Source: a virus
Lineage: Duplodnaviria; Caudoviricetes
IMG/VR virus record: IMGVR_UViG_3300031760_000001
Coordinates: 160,001-224,000 of that record
Reading direction: 5' to 3' (one strand)
Length of the DNA stretch: 64,000 nt
The notes beneath the pieces were generated by a model, which saw only the letters and a list, made by a program, of their open reading frames with translations, was not told where the DNA came from and did no database searches. Below are positions 39,301 to 49,951 of this stretch, piece after piece. Within the stretch, counting starts at the first letter, position 1. Each line of letters opens with the position of its first letter. A program made the translations under genes and the position numbers.

Positions 39301-41364
39301 TTATCTCATCTCGTTGATGTCCCAGTGCATCAAACCATCGCACTTGATAGCACCATAATATCTGTTGTTAACGAGTTTCTTCGCATAACGTGTGCAGATA
39401 CCCTTGATAGGAGCAAAGTTGAATGGGTTGTACATGGTTGGGGTAAGTGCCATAGGAACGTATGGAGCGTAGATGTAACCAGTGTCAAGCAAGCTTGTAC
39501 CGTGGTGACCCATAATCAATGACCAGTGTGGAGCATATGGGTCAACAGTTACGTTGTAACGGCCCTGGAGAGCACCGATTTTCTCAATACCCATGTTGTA
39601 AGTGTCGCTTTCTGCGCTAGCGTCAGTTACGTGGAAGTATTCGAGGTCGTTCAAAACAGCGCTGATTTCAGCTGAAACGATAATCCAGTTTGCACCACCA
39701 CGAAGGGTTGATTTCTGAATCTGAGCACTGATTTGGTTAATCTTAGTCATAATTGTCTGGTTCCAGTCTTTCTGTGTGTAAACAGTTGAAGTGGTACCAA
39801 GTCTCTGCCAACCGTTGTAGTCCCAACGAGCAGTCCAAGGAGCGCTCTTACGGATGTCACGGAGGATTTCGCGGTCGATTTCAGCAGCAATCTGCTCTGA
39901 AAGGATAGCGGTCAATTCAGCCTCTGCGTCAAGGTTGTGGAATGCGCTAACGTCCTGAGCAAGTTCTGGTGACCAGGTTGCACGGAGTTTACGTTCCTCA
40001 ACAGCAACGTCAACTGAAGTAAGCTGGAAGCTGACCTCACCCATTTCAGTTTCAAGCTCAAGGCTGTCATATGAACACCAAGCAATCTTGAAGAAACCAT
40101 CAATTGGGTCAGTAAGTTTGGTAAGGTCTGCCAATGCAGGTGACTGTGGGTCAATACCAATGTAACCGTCAAGACTCAAACCTTGTTTTGTAGCAGGTTT
40201 AGTGAGGTCAAGTTCGATGTACATGTTACCGTTAGCGTCAGCAACTTCCTGTTGATTCCAGTTTACGAGCTGGTCGCCGTATTTCTGGGTAACAACGCGG
40301 AACTGAATACTTTCATTAGCTGCGAAAGTTGAGAAGTCACCAGTTGTTTTGGTGATAGGTTGTGAAGCAATAACTTTCAATGAAGCCAAGAAAGCCTCGG
40401 TGTCCATTTCATTGCCGTCAGGACCAGTAAGGTGACCTGCATTGTATGAATGGAAACCACTAAGTTCAACTAAAAGTGAACGGACTGAACCATCCTGTGC
40501 ATAAACTGGAATGGTGCTGATTTTCTGATATGAACCGTCTGGGGCAATCTGAACAGGAACTGCTGTACCCATGCAGATAGTGATTTTACCCTTTGAATTG
40601 TCATACAAGAAATCGTTGTAGAAGAGGTCATAAAGGGTCTTCTTCATGTACTGAGTAACGATTGGCTCAACAACACCTTTACCAATAAGCTCTAAAGTCT
40701 TACCAGTTGTGTCATAAGTGTTCTTACTACCGTCAGGTCTTACTGATGGTTTGTTGATTTCATAGTAATCAGTACCATCTGTCCAAACGCGAACACCGTC
40801 TTCTTTAACGAAGTATTGTTCAACTTTAGTGATACCTTCACCCTGAACTGTTACACTCTCATCTGGGAGGTAGTAACGGTTATTCTGGGCACCGCCATTA
40901 CCAATCATGTTGTGCTTAGCGTCATATGAATAAGCGTTACGGTCAGTTCTTTCATAACCCATAAGACCACGATGACGACCAGTGTCACCAGCAGTAAGCT
41001 GACCTGGAGTCTGGAAGTTCCATTCGCGCTCTGAAGTAACAGGTTTAATGTAGAACAACTTACCGATAGGAAGGTTCATAGCCTGAACTGAAACGATGTC
41101 GTTAGCAAGGAGCTTGCTGAATACACGACGGATAAGTGGGAAAACAACAGTTTCAAATGAACCACTGTTGTCAGAAGCGGTAGCTTCTCTCAAAAGGTGT
41201 TTAGCCTGGTTCTCATAAAGGGTAGCAACAGTCTCTTTAATGTTGCCTTCAAGACCCTTGACCAATCCAAGGCGGTCCCAACGTGCCTGGATGTCTTCTC
41301 TGATTTTTTTCTGTGCGTTGAGCTCAATGTTGCCAACTGCACCTGATGTGAGTAATTCTCTCAT
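39301..41364 (-). CDS. gp23: Major capsid protein, T4 gp23-like
   Basis: PLIRRVF..LLANDIVSVQAMNLPIG, RKLRATWSPELAQD..AFH.LDAEAEL..ILSEQI..EIDREI and YAPYVPM...F.P..G..TRYA; strongly biased codon use. Confidence 0.95.
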   Translation of the reverse strand: MRELLTSGAVGNIELNAQKKIREDIQARWDRLGLVKGLEGNIKETVATLYENQAKHLLREATASDNSGSFETVVFPLIRRVFSKLLANDIVSVQAMNLPIGKLFYIKPVTSEREWNFQTPGQLTAGDTGRHRGLMGYERTDRNAYSYDAKHNMIGNGGAQNNRYYLPDESVTVQGEGITKVEQYFVKEDGVRVWTDGTDYYEINKPSVRPDGSKNTYDTTGKTLELIGKGVVEPIVTQYMKKTLYDLFYNDFLYDNSKGKITICMGTAVPVQIAPDGSYQKISTIPVYAQDGSVRSLLVELSGFHSYNAGHLTGPDGNEMDTEAFLASLKVIASQPITKTTGDFSTFAANESIQFRVVTQKYGDQLVNWNQQEVADANGNMYIELDLTKPATKQGLSLDGYIGIDPQSPALADLTKLTDPIDGFFKIAWCSYDSLELETEMGEVSFQLTSVDVAVEERKLRATWSPELAQDVSAFHNLDAEAELTAILSEQIAAEIDREILRDIRKSAPWTARWDYNGWQRLGTTSTVYTQKDWNQTIMTKINQISAQIQKSTLRGGANWIIVSAEISAVLNDLEYFHVTDASAESDTYNMGIEKIGALQGRYNVTVDPYAPHWSLIMGHHGTSLLDTGYIYAPYVPMALTPTMYNPFNFAPIKGICTRYAKKLVNNRYYGAIKCDGLMHWDINEMR

Positions 41365-41396
41365 AATATTATTTCCTTTTTTTATTCGTTATAATT

Positions 41397-41404
41397 TATA
41401 AATA
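41397..41404 (-). promoter_or_regulatory. TATTTATA putative late-promoter element (major capsid gene)
   Basis: 32 nt upstream of the MCP start on the coding strand. Confidence 0.65.
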
Positions 41405-41425
41405 TTACCTGTTTGCAAAAAGTTA

Positions 41426-43114
41426 TTATTTGCCAAGTCTCATAAGTCTTTCGTTGAGGTCAAGGATTTTGTTCAAGTCCTCTGACTGGTTGAGCATATT
41501 AGTCTCGACAATCATATTCTTGTTCTGACCTTTGGCTTCTGACAACTGTTTGTCAAGCAAGTTGCTGTTGTTAACTTTGTGTGCGCTTTTCAGCTCGGTT
41601 GAAATCTGGCTGTAAAGGTTCTTGCACTCGTTAAGCGATTGTACTTTGTTAAAGCGATTCAAGATATTAATCTTTTCCTCTCTTGATGTAGCGTTTTCGG
41701 TTATAAGCTTGATGACTTTTGCTAAACTTGCGTTGATAAGGACAGCTTCGTTAAGCTGCTGCTTAATCTGGGCTGCGATATCTTTCAGTTCTTTGTTTTC
41801 GGCAAGTACAGCGCTAGCCTGTCTTTCGATAGCCGCAATTCTGTTCTTGTTTTCGTCAACTTCTTTGTAGCCATCGCCAGTACCTCTAAATTTGCTTGGC
41901 TCTTCGGCATTGTGGTGACCGTTTCTGATTTGACCACGGTCAGTATCATTACCTCTTTGTTTACGGGTAACACCACGACCGAAACCACCATGTCTGCCAC
42001 TTGTGCTGCTAGCAGCTTCATCAACTGGCATGTCAGGTGTGTTAGGCATATTCATCTCAACCTCGAAAATGGTTTCTTCGTTGCACTCATTGTTGCACTC
42101 ATTGTTACCACATTCGTCAGTGTTTTCACTCATAGGTTGTTTGGTTTTCTGTGAATATGGGTTACCGCCATTCTGACCATCGTGTCCTACCCAGCGTTTC
42201 TTGTTGTTAGCACCGCCTTTAGGAGCACCGTCGTCGAAACGGCTGTCGCCTTCACCTTCGCCTTTATCGGTTGGCATAGTCATCGCTGATTTGTTCTGAT
42301 AATTGTCAGTATAACCTAAATTAACATTACCTTCATTTACCATGTCGTCATTTTGTGTTTCGTCATTATCATCGCCAAGTTCGAGTTCGAATGTCGTTTC
42401 ACCGTCCTCGCCCTGGTTGTCACTTTCGATATTTCCCAAATCAATGTCATCCATCATACCTTCGCCACCCTCAGTGCCTTCTGGACTCATACCATCGTCA
42501 CCGTCAATAGCGTTGCCTTCTGGATTCATATCATTTTCGAAATCGTTTGGCTCGGCATTGTCGCCGTCATCGGTTATATCAATGACAAATTCAGTGTCAC
42601 CGTCCTCGGTCTCAACTGTTGCAGTCTCGTCATCATTTTTGATGAAGCGAAGACCGTCACCAGGTTCCATATTCTGGATGACCTTCAAAACTGTCTTGAT
42701 ATCTTTTCCTCTCAGGTCGTATTCACCGTCACTGTCCATACAGTCAGAAATCTCGTCCCAAACATCACCACCTTCGGCATTGGCATCGCATTCGCCGCCT
42801 TCGCAAGCGTCAGCATTGTCGTTACCGCTTTCCAGGTCAACATTGACATCAGCGTTATCACCTTCTGGTGCAGCACCTTCGTCGTTGTTGTCATTTTCAG
42901 GCTCGGCATTGAACTCAGGCTGGTCGGTGTCAACCTCTTCTTCGTAAGAATCATTATCAGATTCAGCAAGCATTTGTCTCAAACTCCTGTTAACCTTCTC
43001 GTCAAGCAAAGAACTTAAAGACTCTTTTGTAGATTCCTCAAGTACCTTAGCCATAGCGTCTTTGTCAGCTACAAGACTTTTGATATACTTAGTTCTAATT
43101 TCTTTCTTAGCCAT
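41426..43114 (-). CDS. Prohead core/scaffold protein (gp22-like position)
   Basis: Very acidic disordered middle and C-terminal coiled coil; immediately upstream of the MCP; many [LIV]-x-E sites. Confidence 0.75.
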   Translation of the reverse strand: MAKKEIRTKYIKSLVADKDAMAKVLEESTKESLSSLLDEKVNRSLRQMLAESDNDSYEEEVDTDQPEFNAEPENDNNDEGAAPEGDNADVNVDLESGNDNADACEGGECDANAEGGDVWDEISDCMDSDGEYDLRGKDIKTVLKVIQNMEPGDGLRFIKNDDETATVETEDGDTEFVIDITDDGDNAEPNDFENDMNPEGNAIDGDDGMSPEGTEGGEGMMDDIDLGNIESDNQGEDGETTFELELGDDNDETQNDDMVNEGNVNLGYTDNYQNKSAMTMPTDKGEGEGDSRFDDGAPKGGANNKKRWVGHDGQNGGNPYSQKTKQPMSENTDECGNNECNNECNEETIFEVEMNMPNTPDMPVDEAASSTSGRHGGFGRGVTRKQRGNDTDRGQIRNGHHNAEEPSKFRGTGDGYKEVDENKNRIAAIERQASAVLAENKELKDIAAQIKQQLNEAVLINASLAKVIKLITENATSREEKINILNRFNKVQSLNECKNLYSQISTELKSAHKVNNSNLLDKQLSEAKGQNKNMIVETNMLNQSEDLNKILDLNERLMRLGK

Positions 43115-43144
43115 TTTTTATCAATATAAGATTATTATTTTAAT

Positions 43145-43152
43145 TATAAATA
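43145..43152 (-). promoter_or_regulatory. TATTTATA putative late-promoter element (scaffold gene)
   Basis: ACTATTTATA on the coding strand, 30 nt upstream of the start. Confidence 0.65.
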
Positions 43153-43250
43153 GTGTGTATTTTAAAAAATTATATCCAAATAGTATATTTTTATACGTTT
43201 GTGTAAAATATTTACAATGTTACTGGACATTTTAGCTAATTTAATATGTT

Positions 43251-46200
43251 CTATTCAAAGGTAAAAGTATCACTTGTTGTACCGACATCAACCCTCACAA
43301 CGTCACCACTACTGAAGTTTCTGGTAGTAAATACAGCTATGTGGTCTGTTACAGTAACTGTCTCTATAAATGTGTTGTTTACATATAATGATGCGGAATT
43401 TCCAGCGTTTGTGTAGCATTTAATCACCCTGTCTGTCATTCTTGTATAGTCTTTTCCACAAATATGAACAAACAACTGTGAACTCCACTCCGCTTTATAA
43501 ATATAGAAAGTGTCTTTTTTTGTTATATGGTCTCTTTCAACCAAACCTTTGTTGTTCAGTCTTCTCAATTCATCATCAGTCGATGTTGTCTCACCGTCAA
43601 GACAAACCGTGTATCCTTCATTTCTGCTGGAAACCGCAATATCAAACAACTGCCATTGTGATGTGAACAACAACTGTGGGAAATTCCTGATTGCAGTAAT
43701 ATGTCCCTCATGTAGCCACATCTGGTATTCAATATCATGACGTTCATAATTACCTTTTGTTGTGGTTGTCTGCGGGTCTTCCGAGTGGCAATTCTGTGTA
43801 CCTCCAGCGCCATATTCGGAAAAGGCTAGTGGTTTATGTAGATTGGTTATGATGTTTGCCACACGGGTGTTAAGCTGTGATGTTGGGTCGTTCGACGCTT
43901 TGTCGATATACCAGCCAACATATATGTTACAACCAAACCAATCCACGTTCGGGTTGTTGTAATATGAACTTGGGTTGTTGTAACTATGTGACATTACATA
44001 ACCAACAAGACGTTCTGTATCCAAAGATTTAATCAGTGTTGTATAATATTCAATCTTGGTTTTTGCAAAATCCTTGTCATCGGTTGTAGTCTCATTACTT
44101 AATCCCCAGAACATTATACAAGGGTGATTGAAGTGCTGGTTGACCATATCCGTATATTGTGTTTCAAGGTGTGTGTAATAGTCAGTAGGCATTGTTGACT
44201 GCAGTTTGTTTACACAAGGGGCTTCCGTCTGGACAATAATGCCGAGTTGGTCACACCTATCATAAACCTCTTTCGGGTGTGGATAGTGGGCCAGACGCAA
44301 GAAATTACATCCAAGTTCCTGGATAATGGCAAACTCCTGTGTATAATCCGAATCAGTCAATGCGTTGGCTTTTCCAGCCAGGTCATCGTGCATACAGACA
44401 CCTCTTAGATAATAAGGGGAACCATTCAATAAGAATCCAGTGTACGACTGTCCCTGTATAACTGTTGTGTCATTGATTACATAGCTATAGTATCTTAAAC
44501 CATACGGCCTTGAATAACTGTGGTACAAATCATCATCCTTATATATTTCCATTGTAATGGTATAAAGGTGTGGGTCGGTTGTACCGTTCCAAAGGTGTGG
44601 ATTTGATATTGTGGCTGTGAATTTCTGTTCGAGGCCAGTACTATCATCTTCATCACTCCATGTATATGTGCCGTCTGTGATTGTGCATACAATAGTTGCA
44701 CCCACTGGCACGGTGGTTATCACGTTTATCGTCGCCGATGAAGATGTAACGGTTGAAGTGACATGGAAGCCGTCATAACCGTATTTCATATCAGGCAAAT
44801 ATGGACTTGTGAATAATTTCACATTGCCTAACGTTGCATTGAAGTTGAAGTCACCAGATGCTGGAGCCAAATAGTTTCCTTCATTGTTCTTCAAAGCCAC
44901 TTTAATATTGTTTGTCCCTCTGTGTACATAACTTGATATATCCACAAAGAATGCTGTATATCCACCCCAGTGTTTTTCAACCAGAGTGTTGTCCACATAT
45001 ACCGATGCTGACTGGTCTGCGTGTTGGAACCACAAATAAGCTGGATTTACATCGTGTAAATTGAAACTTGTCTCGAAATTAAACGTACCTTTAGCATAAC
45101 TGCCAGAATGGCCGTCAATCCTGTTTACGGAATAGGGGGCTGTTATTGTCTGGTTGTTGTATGTCCATGAGCTTAATGTCTTGTTTGATTTTTGATATGG
45201 AGTTTCTTCCACATATTCACAGTTCATCGACACAACTGGACTGGTCTGTGAATCCAGCTCTGAATAAGCTTCGACATATGTTGTGGCATTAATCAAAATC
45301 GGGTCGGTATACAGAATATATCCACCAGTCTGGTTTAATTTGTAATATATACTGGCACCAGGAGTGTCACAGTCTATACTAATCTCTTCACCATCAAATG
45401 AAATTTCTGGTGTTAATAACAAAATATTATCATACACAGCCCAGTTTGTTGGAATACCACTCTGACTCCTTGCCCAGGTTACATTTTCGGCTTTGACAAA
45501 ATTACCTGAAGATGCAACATTCTGAGTCCAATTGGAACAATTGCTCGTAGATACCCCAGAAGTTGCCATACATTTAATATAATTAAGATTACTACAACCA
45601 ATAAACATGGCATAATAAGCTTGACTTGGTATTGTTGTTGCAAGAAGGTCTGGCGCTGTTGTAAATGCACACTCTTCAAACATATAGTAATAACAACCTG
45701 TAGACAATGTTGTTGCAGGTAACGCTGGCGGCGTATCCAATAACGTTGCTTTACTGAACATTGCACGATAACAGTAGTTAGTCAATGTTGTAGCTGGCAA
45801 TATCAAATTTTCAGCTGAAATTACTTTCGATAATTTAAACATTGAACAGAAATTATATGTTCCTGTCAATATATTGTTTCCAATAAAGTTATCGCCATAT
45901 ACCATTGACATTATATTGCCTTCAACATCAAACTCAGCTGTACCTCCTTCAAATCCAGAGTAGTTACTCTTGTCTTTTGCATAAGAAGTATTTGTTCCTT
46001 TGAATCTGACAACATCACCGCTTGTGACATTTATAGTTGTAGGTGTGGATGTTGCAGTTATCTCAGTCCATGTTCCTCCGTTAACACTGTATTGAATTGT
46101 TTTGGCTTGACCTGAACCAATTGACTTCCAAGCAATTGTTCCATCACTTAATACTCTGAATGTTAAATAGTCACTACTGTAATCATGTGTTGGTTCATAT

Positions 46201-49088
46201 TCACATGTTTCGGTGACTGTCTGGCTTGTCTGGTTTCTGTAAGTTGAATAAGCCTCAACAACAGTGTCTTCTGTTATTGGTATTTGTTGTGTATATAATG
46301 AGAATTCACCAGTTTCATTAAGTCTGTAATAAATTTCAGACCTATTGGTAGCACAGGTTATTGTTACTAATTGTCCATCACATGTTATAACAGGGCTGGC
46401 CAATACTACTGGGACATACACACAGGTTTCTTTTACAACCTCACTGCTTCGTCCGTCGACTGTTGAATAAGCTTCAACAACAGTGGTTGCATATATATTT
46501 ATAGGATTTTCATATAATATATAACTACCAGTTTCATTTAATCTATAATAAATGTCAACACTAGGTGTTTCACAGTTTATGTAAACCATCTCACCATCAC
46601 AACTTATCGTCGGTTCCTCAATCTGGTCATCATATATACAAGTTTCCTTAACAATTTCACTGGTGTTGCTGTTAAGTGTTGAATAAGCCTCAACAACGGT
46701 ATCTGTGAAAATTTCTATCGGTGTTGTGTAAAGAGAATATGAACCATATTCATTAAGTCTGTAGTATATACTTGCACCAGCTGTCGGGCAGGTTATTGAA
46801 ACCTGCATACCGTCACAAGTGATGACTGGCTCATCCAATACCTTTGATAATTTCGTGATTGAGAATTCGGATACATTGATGTTCGAATAACGATAAGGGT
46901 CACCGTTTGCATCCAAAGCATGTCCAATACAAACTGTAAGATATTGAAGTTCAGGTAGGTCTGGAAACACCTTACTAGCTTGATATATGGTTGTATCATT
47001 AATCAAATCCTTTGCAACAAAATTATTGCTTGCAGCCGTTGGGTCATATATAATTTCAATGTCATATTCACCAACATTGGTAGAAATGTTTCTTGCGGGT
47101 AAAATGGTTGTATTTGTATTACTGCCAGTTGAAAACTGGGTACCCAATATAATGTTTTTGGTTGTGTTTGATTGCCTCAACTGGAAACCATACCAAGGTT
47201 CTGGTGTGGCACGTTTCATTGTAAGAATGTTGTGGTGGTTTTCATTCTGGTTTGGTGGTTGGTGGGCAAAATCAATTGTAAAATGAATGTGTGTCCTGAA
47301 TCCCTCCGTTACATCGAAACCATAGAATTCAGTGTTTACACCATCACCATTAAATGTTTTTTCACCACTGGTGCTGTCACTGGTGTCAATATCATAACCA
47401 GTCACGGTTGGGTCTCCATTCTCGTCATACTCAATATTCTGGATTGAATTGTTACCATCACTATCAACATTCTTGTTTGTGGTATCCGTAGGGTCACCGT
47501 CAGCGTTGTAGTTGGTTGTTGATGAAGTTGATGAGCCATCAGTGTTTTCTGTGGTTGTGTTTGTCTGTGTACCACTTACATCACCATTCTCGTCATAATT
47601 GGTTGTATTGGTATTTGAAGTCACAGAACCAGTCTCTGGGTCTGGAGCTGATGTGGTTGTTGTAGATTCACTTGAAGTACCGTCAATGTTGGTTGTTGTT
47701 GACGAACTTGATGATGAACCATCGGTGTTCGTGGTTGTCTCTGTTGTTGTCTGGCTGGTTGAACCATCTACGTTTGTTGTGGTTGACGTACTTTCAGTTG
47801 TTGTTACACCAGTGCTTGGGTCTGTTGTTTCTGTTGTGGTTGTCTCGGTTACAGAACCGTCTGGGTTGATAACAGTTTCCTGGGTTGTATTGGCTTGATA
47901 CACCACTTCAACATCCTTTGTTTTTGTTAACCCATTAAAAACAGCCTGGATTGTTATATTGCCAGATTGTAATATGGTAATTTCACCATGTTCATTAATA
48001 GTGGCATTTGAACCACCAGCTATGATGCTCCATGTCGGTACACACTCATTGTTATTATATGTGGCAACGCAAGTACCAGAAGTACCAGTAATTGTATCTG
48101 GACATGAAATCACAAGTTGGTTGTCATATGAAATTTCAATTGTTTTCTGGTCGGTGTATACATCATATGTCGCTTGAATGGTAATGTTCTGGCTCACAGT
48201 TCCAGGTGCAATATCAACACGTCCGTATTGAGTCAGTGTTGCATACTGACCACCATTCAACAGCACCCATTGTGCGTTAACTTGATTTCCGTCATATTTT
48301 GCTTGGAGATTGAAGTTCTTTCCAGTATATTCATCTGGACCGACAATTTGATAGTCATGTGCCACACTACCAGGATAACCAACTACCTTATACAACACTC
48401 TACCGTCCGTGTTGGCTGATGTTGTTGCTGTTCCATACAATGATGTTGTTCTAGTGAATATTATGCTTGTTTTATCACCAGACACAGCTGCTGTAACAGC
48501 TAATAACCTATTTCGATTGTTTGGATTTTGAAGTACGGCTGAACCAATGAAATGTCCGAACGGACTTTGGTTCATACCACTTAAATCTATGTTTATTACA
48601 CTTGATGCTGTTGTGTCGGAGCCAGTTCCACCAGAACGGATATACAGTTTCAGTTTTTGGTATTTTTCCAAATTCAAACCAGTAATCTGCCAACTTGGTG
48701 TTTGTGACATATCCGTTTCAGTTGCCAGTTTTCCGTCACTTACGGTCTGTGCTTGCCACACAACCTCTGGCTTGTCCTTTGACAATGTGTATATACATTT
48801 AGCCGATGGGTATTGGTCATGTGTTGAAGCCGAAGATAATGAAGTGACCTTGTTTATCAATTGTTCAAATGAACCCAAACTTATAGTTATTGTGCTGCTG
48901 TCTACTTTGGTCAATGTCAAAATGCCAGTCACTGGGTCCAATGAAGCGTCTTTTATGTCAGAGCTGAAACAGTCTCCGCCGACATATATGTTTCCAGTAT
49001 TGTTGTCGAACACAACAACACCGTCTACAGCGTCAGTCGCTGAGTTATAGTTTTTCTTTCTTAAAATGATTCTCTTATTTGATGGCAT
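43251..49088 (-). CDS. Giant modular fibre protein with C-terminal GH2 glycoside hydrolase
   Basis: N-terminal anchor, Ig-like repeats, Thr-rich stalk, FN3-associated repeats, BspA-like LRRs, then GH2 (HWGGYTAF, LRGVCMHDD, RLAHYPH, WGLSNE, FSEYG, NNKGLV). Confidence 0.85.
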   Translation of the reverse strand: MPSNKRIILRKKNYNSATDAVDGVVVFDNNTGNIYVGGDCFSSDIKDASLDPVTGILTLTKVDSSTITISLGSFEQLINKVTSLSSASTHDQYPSAKCIYTLSKDKPEVVWQAQTVSDGKLATETDMSQTPSWQITGLNLEKYQKLKLYIRSGGTGSDTTASSVINIDLSGMNQSPFGHFIGSAVLQNPNNRNRLLAVTAAVSGDKTSIIFTRTTSLYGTATTSANTDGRVLYKVVGYPGSVAHDYQIVGPDEYTGKNFNLQAKYDGNQVNAQWVLLNGGQYATLTQYGRVDIAPGTVSQNITIQATYDVYTDQKTIEISYDNQLVISCPDTITGTSGTCVATYNNNECVPTWSIIAGGSNATINEHGEITILQSGNITIQAVFNGLTKTKDVEVVYQANTTQETVINPDGSVTETTTTETTDPSTGVTTTESTSTTTNVDGSTSQTTTETTTNTDGSSSSSSTTTNIDGTSSESTTTTSAPDPETGSVTSNTNTTNYDENGDVSGTQTNTTTENTDGSSTSSTTNYNADGDPTDTTNKNVDSDGNNSIQNIEYDENGDPTVTGYDIDTSDSTSGEKTFNGDGVNTEFYGFDVTEGFRTHIHFTIDFAHQPPNQNENHHNILTMKRATPEPWYGFQLRQSNTTKNIILGTQFSTGSNTNTTILPARNISTNVGEYDIEIIYDPTAASNNFVAKDLINDTTIYQASKVFPDLPELQYLTVCIGHALDANGDPYRYSNINVSEFSITKLSKVLDEPVITCDGMQVSITCPTAGASIYYRLNEYGSYSLYTTPIEIFTDTVVEAYSTLNSNTSEIVKETCIYDDQIEEPTISCDGEMVYINCETPSVDIYYRLNETGSYILYENPINIYATTVVEAYSTVDGRSSEVVKETCVYVPVVLASPVITCDGQLVTITCATNRSEIYYRLNETGEFSLYTQQIPITEDTVVEAYSTYRNQTSQTVTETCEYEPTHDYSSDYLTFRVLSDGTIAWKSIGSGQAKTIQYSVNGGTWTEITATSTPTTINVTSGDVVRFKGTNTSYAKDKSNYSGFEGGTAEFDVEGNIMSMVYGDNFIGNNILTGTYNFCSMFKLSKVISAENLILPATTLTNYCYRAMFSKATLLDTPPALPATTLSTGCYYYMFEECAFTTAPDLLATTIPSQAYYAMFIGCSNLNYIKCMATSGVSTSNCSNWTQNVASSGNFVKAENVTWARSQSGIPTNWAVYDNILLLTPEISFDGEEISIDCDTPGASIYYKLNQTGGYILYTDPILINATTYVEAYSELDSQTSPVVSMNCEYVEETPYQKSNKTLSSWTYNNQTITAPYSVNRIDGHSGSYAKGTFNFETSFNLHDVNPAYLWFQHADQSASVYVDNTLVEKHWGGYTAFFVDISSYVHRGTNNIKVALKNNEGNYLAPASGDFNFNATLGNVKLFTSPYLPDMKYGYDGFHVTSTVTSSSATINVITTVPVGATIVCTITDGTYTWSDEDDSTGLEQKFTATISNPHLWNGTTDPHLYTITMEIYKDDDLYHSYSRPYGLRYYSYVINDTTVIQGQSYTGFLLNGSPYYLRGVCMHDDLAGKANALTDSDYTQEFAIIQELGCNFLRLAHYPHPKEVYDRCDQLGIIVQTEAPCVNKLQSTMPTDYYTHLETQYTDMVNQHFNHPCIMFWGLSNETTTDDKDFAKTKIEYYTTLIKSLDTERLVGYVMSHSYNNPSSYYNNPNVDWFGCNIYVGWYIDKASNDPTSQLNTRVANIITNLHKPLAFSEYGAGGTQNCHSEDPQTTTTKGNYERHDIEYQMWLHEGHITAIRNFPQLLFTSQWQLFDIAVSSRNEGYTVCLDGETTSTDDELRRLNNKGLVERDHITKKDTFYIYKAEWSSQLFVHICGKDYTRMTDRVIKCYTNAGNSASLYVNNTFIETVTVTDHIAVFTTRNFSSGDVVRVDVGTTSDTFTFE

Positions 49089-49106
49089 AAAATATGAATT
49101 AATATT

Positions 49107-49832
49107 TTAATCGTAATATCCAACGATTTTGTACATAATCCTACCGTTGTTGTTTGCGTCGGTCGCTTCAGTACCATACAATGATGTGCACCTGCTGAAC
49201 AATACACTTGTCTTGTTTTCCGATATAGCAACCGATACCGCTAATAGCCGATTCCTGTCGTTTGGAGCTTGTACCACAGCGGAACCAATAAAATGTCCGA
49301 ATGAACTCTTGTTCATGTTGTCCAGGTCTATTTCAACCACAATTGATGGGGTATAGCTTACATTGGCACTCCCACCAGCTCTGATATATACTTCAACATA
49401 CTTGAAACCACTCATATCCAAGCCAGTCAATTGCCAATTAGGGTTTTGTGATATGTCTGTTTCTGCTGCTAAAATACCTTCAGACGATGTTGTGGCTTGC
49501 CAAACAACAACTGGTTTCAACCTGATACTGTCATACACACATTTGGCTGACGGATATTGTGTATCCGTTGAAGCGGCTGACAATGATGTCACTTTGTTCG
49601 ATGTCTGTTCAAATGAAGCCAGGTTTACTGTTATAGTACTGTTATCGGCTTTCGTGATAGTCAACACACCAGTGTTTTGATTCAATGAAGCATCTGTAAC
49701 CTCAGAACTGAAACAGTCGCCACCGACATATATTTTACCAGTAGCGTTGTCGAACACAACAACACCGTTAACAGCGTCGGTTGAGGCGTTATATACTTTC
49801 TTTCTTAATTTTAATTGTACATTAGTCGACAT
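49107..49832 (-). CDS. Short fibre protein, paralogue of the N-terminal ~240 aa of the 43251-49088 protein
   Basis: Shares GVVVFDNxTGxIYVGGDCFSS, NKVTSLSxAST..QYPSAKC, FGHFIGSAV, RNRLLAV and TSLYGT. Confidence 0.75.
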   Translation of the reverse strand: MSTNVQLKLRKKVYNASTDAVNGVVVFDNATGKIYVGGDCFSSEVTDASLNQNTGVLTITKADNSTITVNLASFEQTSNKVTSLSAASTDTQYPSAKCVYDSIRLKPVVVWQATTSSEGILAAETDISQNPNWQLTGLDMSGFKYVEVYIRAGGSANVSYTPSIVVEIDLDNMNKSSFGHFIGSAVVQAPNDRNRLLAVSVAISENKTSVLFSRCTSLYGTEATDANNNGRIMYKIVGYYD

Positions 49833-49895
49833 AATATGATGCAATTTATACTATTATATAAATATAATATTTTATATTAATTTTATCAAGAAAAT

Positions 49896-49925
49896 AAAAA
49901 AGCGAGTTCATTAAAAACTCGCTTT
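49896..49925 (-). terminator. Terminator after the prohead protease gene
   Basis: aaagcgagtt-cattaaa-aactcgcttt with an A tract on the left. Confidence 0.75.
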
Positions 49926-49951
49926 CCTTGTTTGTGGAAATTTATTTTGTA

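Noticed and set aside
42342-43018. Long Ser-rich or hydrophobic plus-strand ORFs opposite the scaffold (similar ones at 52283, 53717, 62465)
   Set aside because: They mirror acidic low-complexity coding on the other strand.
46300-46770. YYRLNE motifs in the giant fibre as protease sites
   Set aside because: They are part of the repeated FN3-associated domain and lack the KKxIxLxE tag context. [LI]-x-E alone is too common to count as evidence.
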